A stretch of DNA of 64,000 bases, taken from contig BAAIJX010000038.1 of NCBI GenBank assembly GCA_054600435.1, positions 124,001 through 188,000 on the forward strand, in the 5' to 3' direction. Shown here piece after piece: positions 57,580 through 64,000 of this stretch. Numbering within the stretch: the stretch's first letter is position 1; each line of letters begins with the position of its first letter. The position numbers and the translations under genes are program-made. The notes below the pieces were generated by a model, which searched no databases, was not told where the DNA came from, and worked only from the letters and a program-made list of their open reading frames with translations. The DNA comes from Neophaeotheca triangularis. Lineage: Eukaryota.

Positions 57580-58779
57580 ATGTCTCTAAAATTCGGATTA
57601 AACATCAAGAAGAAAGGTCCTCAGGCGACGCCCGCTCGGAGACCCAACATTTTAGGCGATGACGACGAGTACGATGGCGGTCAAGATGACAAAGCTGTCG
57701 GCGTCGAGGAGCTTAGCAGCTTCAGCACGAGCGGCGCACCCGAGCCCGCTCCCTCGAGCCCTCCAAAGCGGAAAGTGAAGACTCAGACCGGACCTTCGGG
57801 ACCACTACAACCACCTAGCAGACGTAGGCCTGGCGAGCAGGAAGGGAAAATTGATGCCAGCACGGCGAATGCGCAACGCACAGCCATCAACGAGGCGGAG
57901 CAGCTCGATGCCTTAATCTTCGACTACGACTCCTTTCACGATGCCAAATCAACCGTCAACGAAGCGAAGAAGGAGGCTCAACGTCAGGAAGCTGTAGAAC
58001 GGAAGCCCAAATACATCAACAACCTGCTAGACGCTGCCGCCAAGCGGAAACAGGACCAGCAAATCGCGCGGGAGAAGCTGTTGCAGAAAGAACGTGAGAA
58101 TGAGGGCGACGAATTCGCCGACAAGGAGAAGTTCGTTACCGGTGCCTACAAAGAGCAGCAAGAGGAAACACGGAAGCTTGAAGACGAGCAAAAGCGGAAA
58201 GATGAAGAGGCCGATCGGAAGAGAAGGCAGATGGGAGGTGGCATGCAGAGTCTATATAAAGGCATGATGGAGCAGAACGAGCGACAGCATCAAGAGGCTA
58301 TGGAGGCTGCCAAGCGTGTTGAAGAAGGCGGCGCTGCGTCCAAGAATGCGAAGTCAGAAGAGGACCACAGCAAAACTGATGCTGAGTTGGCTGCGGAGAT
58401 GCGAGCCAAGGGCATCGACGTCGAGCTGAACGAGGAAGGGCAGATTACAGACAAACGTCAGCTACTCTCTGCTGGTCTCAACGTCGCGCCCTCTCGCAAA
58501 GACTCAGATTTGAAGGCGGCCCAGGACCGCAAGGATTTCACAAGACAGACGCATCCGGGCTTCCAGCGCCGCAACAACGATCAAGCGACTCGTGAGCGGC
58601 AAACGAAGATGATGGAAGAGCAACTGGCCGCTTCTGCGAAGAGAGCTCGTGAAGAGGAGGAAGAGGAGAGGGCGAGGGCAGAGAAAGCCGCAAAGAGCCA
58701 GAAGACCAACCAAGACGTTAGCGATGCCAAAGCGAGGTATCTGGCAAGAAAGGCCGCGAAAGAGCGTGGAGAGGCTTGA
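57580..58779 (+). CDS. NSRP1/CCDC55 (DUF2040) coiled-coil protein
   Basis: FDYD..KPKYI..EGDEFADKEKFVTGAYK..AKARYLARK motifs. Confidence 0.88.
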   Translation: MSLKFGLNIKKKGPQATPARRPNILGDDDEYDGGQDDKAVGVEELSSFSTSGAPEPAPSSPPKRKVKTQTGPSGPLQPPSRRRPGEQEGKIDASTANAQRTAINEAEQLDALIFDYDSFHDAKSTVNEAKKEAQRQEAVERKPKYINNLLDAAAKRKQDQQIAREKLLQKERENEGDEFADKEKFVTGAYKEQQEETRKLEDEQKRKDEEADRKRRQMGGGMQSLYKGMMEQNERQHQEAMEAAKRVEEGGAASKNAKSEEDHSKTDAELAAEMRAKGIDVELNEEGQITDKRQLLSAGLNVAPSRKDSDLKAAQDRKDFTRQTHPGFQRRNNDQATRERQTKMMEEQLAASAKRAREEEEEERARAEKAAKSQKTNQDVSDAKARYLARKAAKERGEA

Positions 58780-59873
58780 GCGGGCTGATTGTCAACAACT
58801 AAACCAATAAAAAGGACACCTGTGCAAGGCACCCTATCTAATCTTGCCGTCTGCTACCGAGGCCAAGTACCCCAACACCTACGAGGCTTTTCATCTCTCA
58901 CCCGCCCCCACACTCACCCCTTCATTCTCTCCCCAGCAAAGCTTCCCACCACAGCCATGGGCATCATATCAGGACGGCGGCCATGTCAAACGCAACCATG
59001 ACACGGCCGTATCAATTTTGTGCCCTAGAATAAACGGAGCTGCCCTCGCGCGTTCCATAGCACCTTCTCGTCGCATCTGCTCTATCAAGTGGCATTACTG
59101 TGAACGTTTCGTGCTGACATGCACTTCCGCCGGTCCATTGGTGAGTGGTGCTCTATCTCGACCTGGCCTCGGGAGAGGTGTTGCTGATGGGGTTTTACGC
59201 CGACTCACTTCCTGAGATCATTCTAATCGTATACATGCGTCGTAGCCTCAATATTGCTCGGGCTCTGCTAGCTTCAGCGCTCGAGACACGGGCTGACTGC
59301 GTCACAGGTCCGCAAGGTTCAGGATACTAGCATACAGTATGTCGGGTCCTGTTCTTCATGGCATGCTCTCATCACGGAAGCTATCAGCTTACAGCATTCG
59401 ATATTGTCGACGCAGTGACAAGTCTACAATCTGTAGTGGTGATGGGCAACTTCGCTCTTGCGATAAGAGCCAGAACTAGACCTGCAGTGGTGCGAAAGGG
59501 ATTAGTCTAGCCGCACTTTTGTCGGGAGACGTCGACTATCCTGAATCCGCGTGCCATGAAAGTCGTTGATGGCATATTACAAGTTACGGCTTCAAGGACC
59601 TACATGGAGAGATATAAGACCGTCTAGTAAATATTTCGGCAGGCCTTCGGTAGCACCAGATTTCCCCGCTCCTTCTTCGTCAGCTTGGTAATACATTAGG
59701 TATGTTTGCGCCCTTTTGGATAACACGCAAGATAAAAGCTCGTCCACTGCACGGAGACAAAACATAACAGTCTTCGAGGTTCCAGTGTGTGCTTCCGTTC
59801 CATCCCCATCACGATACCCGTACAAAACTCCCCAGCGTGGTAGAGGCACAGGTCAAAGCCATCCTAGCACAAC

Positions 59874-61052
59874 ATGTCCATCGACGCAAAAGGCACGCCC
59901 ATCTCCGGCGATCTTTCCCAAGAAGCCCGTGATTTAAGAATGCACGGCACGAAACCAGTCGATTTCAGCAAACCGCTCGATCTGTCCGTCTTCCAGGACA
60001 AGACAGCACTTATCACTGGCGGCGTGAGCGGACTCGGCTACGGCATGACTGTCGCTCTTGCCGAGAACGGAGCTTTTGTGGCTATGTGCGATTTGAACGA
60101 GCAAATGGGAAAGGAAGTGGAGATGGAATTGAAGGGGAGGGGGCTCAAGTGCGTAGCCACCAAAATACCTAATCCTCTAACCTCCCCCCAAAAATATATT
60201 GGCCACTTTTAACAAGCAAACCAGCGTCCAATTCATCCCCACAGACGTGACAAACTGGGACTCCCAACTCTCCGCCTTCCGCACCACCCTCGCCGCCTCC
60301 CCAACCCACAGCCTCGACATTGTAATCCCCAGCGCAGGCCTCAGGCAGCACGCAATAACCGACACCACGACCCCGGAAGCAACCGCCAACACCACCGCTC
60401 CCCCTTCCACCCCCTCTCGCCCCAACACCTCAACCCTCGACGTAAACATCACAGGCGTCTACTACACAACCAGCCTCGCGCTGCACCAATTCCACCTCCA
60501 AGCCCCACCCCCAAACTCCCCCCAGCCCGCGGCCTTCCGCCCCCAACTCCTCCTCCTCGCCTCCCTAGCCGCCTACCTCTCCCTCCCGCTCAGCAGCGAC
60601 TACAACGCCAGCAAATTCGCCGTGCGCGGGTTGTGGAAGAGCGTGCGGCACTCGAGCTCGCGGTCGCGCTGGTGCGCGACGCAAGTGAACCTGCTCGCGC
60701 CGACGTACGTGCGGACGCCAATGGTGGGCGAGGGGGACGCGGACGCGTTGGAGCACAAGGGGGTCAGGGTTGCGCGGGTCGGGGATGTGGTGCAGGGCGC
60801 GCTGAGGGCTTTAGGGGACGGGGGGGTTGAAGGTACGTTTTTTTTTTTTTTGAGTTTGCTGGGCTTGGGTTCGGGCGGGATGCGGGTTGCTGACTGTAAG
60901 GTCTTTTTGTTTTAGCTCGCGCTGTTGCGGTTTGTAAGGGGAGGGAGGTGGAGGGGGATATGAATTTTGATTTGTTGGATGATCCGGTGCATTTTGATGG
61001 GGGGAAGGTGTTTTTGGAGATGAGGGAGGAGGGGCGGTTGGGGACGCTTTGA
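59874..61052 (+). CDS. Short-chain dehydrogenase/reductase
   Basis: TGGVSGLG and YNASK motifs; two introns; stop at 61050-61052. Confidence 0.92.
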
Positions 61053-62279
61053 GTGGGTTAGGTTAGGGATTATTGGGGGGGGGTGAGGATGTAAGGGAGG
61101 AATTGGCTGTCGTCTTGCAATGACTTGGTGTTTGAATGAAGCAGCGTTCAGCCAAAGTCTGACCCTAAGAAGGGGTTTAGACCCGGTCTGTAGACACTGT
61201 GGGCTTTCTAGGATAAAGTGCTCGGTGGCACTTCTCTGGCTAGACTGGTACTGACTTGGAAGACACATTGGAGTTTGGACAAAGTGATACAAGCAACAGG
61301 AGGTATTATACATTAGAGATTCACACGAGTCATGCGTTAGACAAGCCATGCCCGCACACGCAAAAGCAACCTTGTCTCTTCCAACCCTGGGACTCTCTCT
61401 CTCTCTTTCTCCTAACGGCAGGCCGCGGAAGGCAAGTGGGCAGGGCAGGGCAGGGCAGGCTGGAACAAGACTCACATTACCATTATTCCAGGTTTCATAC
61501 ATGATCCAATACTGATATGAATCAATCTCAAACCTTGCAATTTGTAGTTAATGCATCACCTCGTTGATAATCATACGACCCACCTACCAGCTACCAGCTA
61601 CCTACCCAACCAAAACCCAATCCTGTCTAGCCGTAGTCCCGATATACCTCTACCAACCCATCTACCCTACCCTACCTAAGGTACTGTACCTACCCCGCGT
61701 ATTGAGACGCCTCGCTCACATTCATTCGAAGCGCAAACAGGACAGGCCAGGGCTAACAAGCTACTACTACTACTACTACTATTCTACTACTATTCTACCC
61801 TACACTACACTAGGTACACTACACTACACACACACACGCACACGCACACGCACATCACACCCTTTACACGCATATACTACTACTACCACTATTACTATTA
61901 CTACTACTCCTCCTCCTCCTCCTCCTCCCTACTCCTCCCTACGCATGCCCGTTTACGTTCAACGGCTGTTCCCGCAGTAATTAGCCGCACGTGTTCCTTG
62001 CAGCAATCTTAAGGGCGACATCATCATCATCAGCATCGTCACCAGGAATCCAACCCACCTGCAACCCAATCCAATCCAATCCAATCCAATCCAAATCCAC
62101 TCCACTCCAATCCAATCCACAGCTTGTTCCCCACGGCTACCAACTCCATCCCTTCCCGCAGCCCGCCGCTCCCTCCCTTCTCCAATTGAAAGCTTCCGCT
62201 GCTTCACCTACCTACCTACCTACCTACCAACAAAGAAACCTCACCGACCTCACTCCCACCTCCCACCTCATCGCTTCTC

Positions 62280-64000
62280 ATGCCATCCCTCGGCTTCCTC
62301 AAGAAGAAGCGGACAAAGGATTCGCAAGGCAACATTGACCACCATCCAGGCTCACCAACTTCCCCGACTGGTGACAAGCACAACAACAACGTCGGTTCTC
62401 CCATCAGCCCCCAGCTTAGCAAGCAGACGACCAACAACAGTGGGCGGGGAGCTTCCGATCATCACCAACAACAGCAGGCGTCGCAACAAATTCAGCAACA
62501 GCAGGAACAACAGCAGCAGCAGCAGCTACAGCAGCTACAAGCTAAATCGCAGCAGGAAGAAGGCAAGCGATCTCAAGAGCATCCCGGCCCTGGGCCAACC
62601 ATTCCAACCAGCCAAAACGCACCTTCAACAACGGTGCCAGCGCCCGAAGAATCGCAGATGAACTCCGGCGGCCAGCAACAGCAGCCGCAGCAGCAGCAGC
62701 AGCAACAATTCCAAAACCAGACAAATCAAAATGTCCCTTCTATCCAAAACATGATGAACGGGCCCGGCTATGGCGGAAACGGCTCCCAGCACGACAGCGC
62801 CTACAGCAGTACCAGCCATCAAGCCAACAACAATGCCACCCCTACCATCAACGCGCCGCAAGCACGCCCATCTTCAAACCCCTACCGCGAGACCAAAGGC
62901 AAGTACACGCTACACGACTTTACGCTATCGCGCACTCTGGGCACGGGTTCCTTTGGTCGCGTCCACCTCGTCCAATCCAAGCACAACCAGCGATTCTACG
63001 CCATCAAAGTGTTGAAAAAGGCGCAAGTGGTGAAGATGAAGCAGGTCGAACATACAAACGACGAGCGAAGAATGCTGCAGAGGTGTAAACACCCCTTCCT
63101 CATCACACTCTGGGGTACCTTTCAGGATGCCAAGAACGTGTACATGGTGATGGATTTTGTCGAAGGCGGTGAGCTGTTCAGTCTGCTGCGGAAATCGCAG
63201 GTGTGTAGATGCGAAACGACCGACCTTGTCCAGCCGTTCAAAAAGCTAATCACAATCGCTTCTCCCAGCGCTTCCCCAACCCCGTTGCCAAGTTCTACGC
63301 AGCCGAAGTCACCCTCGCGCTCGACTACCTTCACAGTCTGCAAATCATCTACCGTGACCTAAAGCCGGAGAATCTGCTCCTCGACCGACATGGACATCTC
63401 AAGATTACTGACTTTGGATTCGCCAAGGAAGTCCCAGACATCACCTGGACGCTCTGCGGAACGCCCGACTACCTAGCACCAGAAGTGGTAAGCTCAAAAG
63501 GCTACAACAAAAGCGTAGACTGGTAAGGAAACCTCGATCCTCCCACCACCCTCTCTCCCACGCTAACCAAACCCCCTTCCCACCCAAAACAGGTGGTCCC
63601 TGGGCATCCTCATCTTCGAAATGCTCTGCGGCTTCACGCCCTTTTGGGACAGCGGCAGCCCTCTCAAAATCTACGAAAACATCCTCAAAGGCCGCGTCAA
63701 ATACCCGCCCTACATCCACCCGGACGCGCAAGACTTGCTCAACAAACTCATCACGCACGACTTGACCAAACGCCTCGGGAACTTGCACGGCGGTAGCAGG
63801 GACGTGATGACGCACCCGTGGTTCGCCGAGGTTACGTGGGAGCGGCTGGCCAAGAAGGATATCGATGCGCCGTATGTGCCGCCAGTGAGGGGGGGTGTGG
63901 GTGATGCCAGTTTGTTTGACAAGTATCCCGAGGAGACGGAGGCTTATGGTAATGAGGGGGTTGATGAGTATGTTTGTCCCCTTTTTTTTTTGTCTCCCCC
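62280..64000 (+). CDS. pkaC1: cAMP-dependent protein kinase catalytic subunit (runs off the window)
   Basis: [41 protein letters not shown]; poly-Q N-terminus; introns at 63201, 63523 and 63969. Confidence 0.97.

Noticed and set aside
58900..59600. Cluster of splice-like signals suggesting a micro-exon gene or snoRNA host
   Set aside because: I could not assemble a stop-free CDS and found no clear C/D or H/ACA boxes.
60916..61052. Apparent frameshift in the G-rich last exon of the SDR
   Set aside because: Base-by-base counting shows the frame is intact to TGA 61052.
61560..62230. Repeat arrays (TAC, CCT, AATCC, CTAC) upstream of PKA
   Set aside because: Ordinary microsatellites with no spacer structure, so not CRISPR-like.

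Overview
This is filamentous-ascomycete nuclear DNA (Pezizomycotina, probably Dothideomycetes; inferred from short GT-AG introns with CTRAY branch sites and the conserved proteins). It falls into two parts. (1) About 1-25.5 kb is a dense island of ~17 mostly intact orphan genes with no housekeeping gene. It includes a 741-aa protein with tandem PD-(D/E)XK-like motifs and an NLS, a degenerate nucleotidyltransferase-fold protein, a stand-alone FHA protein, a tandem HeH/LEM-like protein, a possible KilA-N/APSES-like protein, SIM-like motifs and coiled-coil proteins. Its promoters share ACGCGT and TTTGGCGG motifs, and it contains a perfect 20-bp-arm hairpin. The island stops at a 5'-truncated tRNA-Val(CAC) at 25538-25608, consistent with, but not proof of, the end of a large integrated element (Starship-like; no tyrosine recombinase captain is visible in the window). 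(2) About 26.3-64 kb is mostly core genome: SAP/RRM Acinus-like protein, ArfGAP Gcs1, MAPEG, a patch of low-complexity orphans, Tlg2, calmodulin, Sin1/Avo1, TFIIE alpha, Ste14, an HPDK-motif protein, a hexapeptide O-acetyltransferase, an NSRP1-like protein, an SDR and the PKA catalytic subunit (runs off the end). All domain calls are by eye; no database searches were run.
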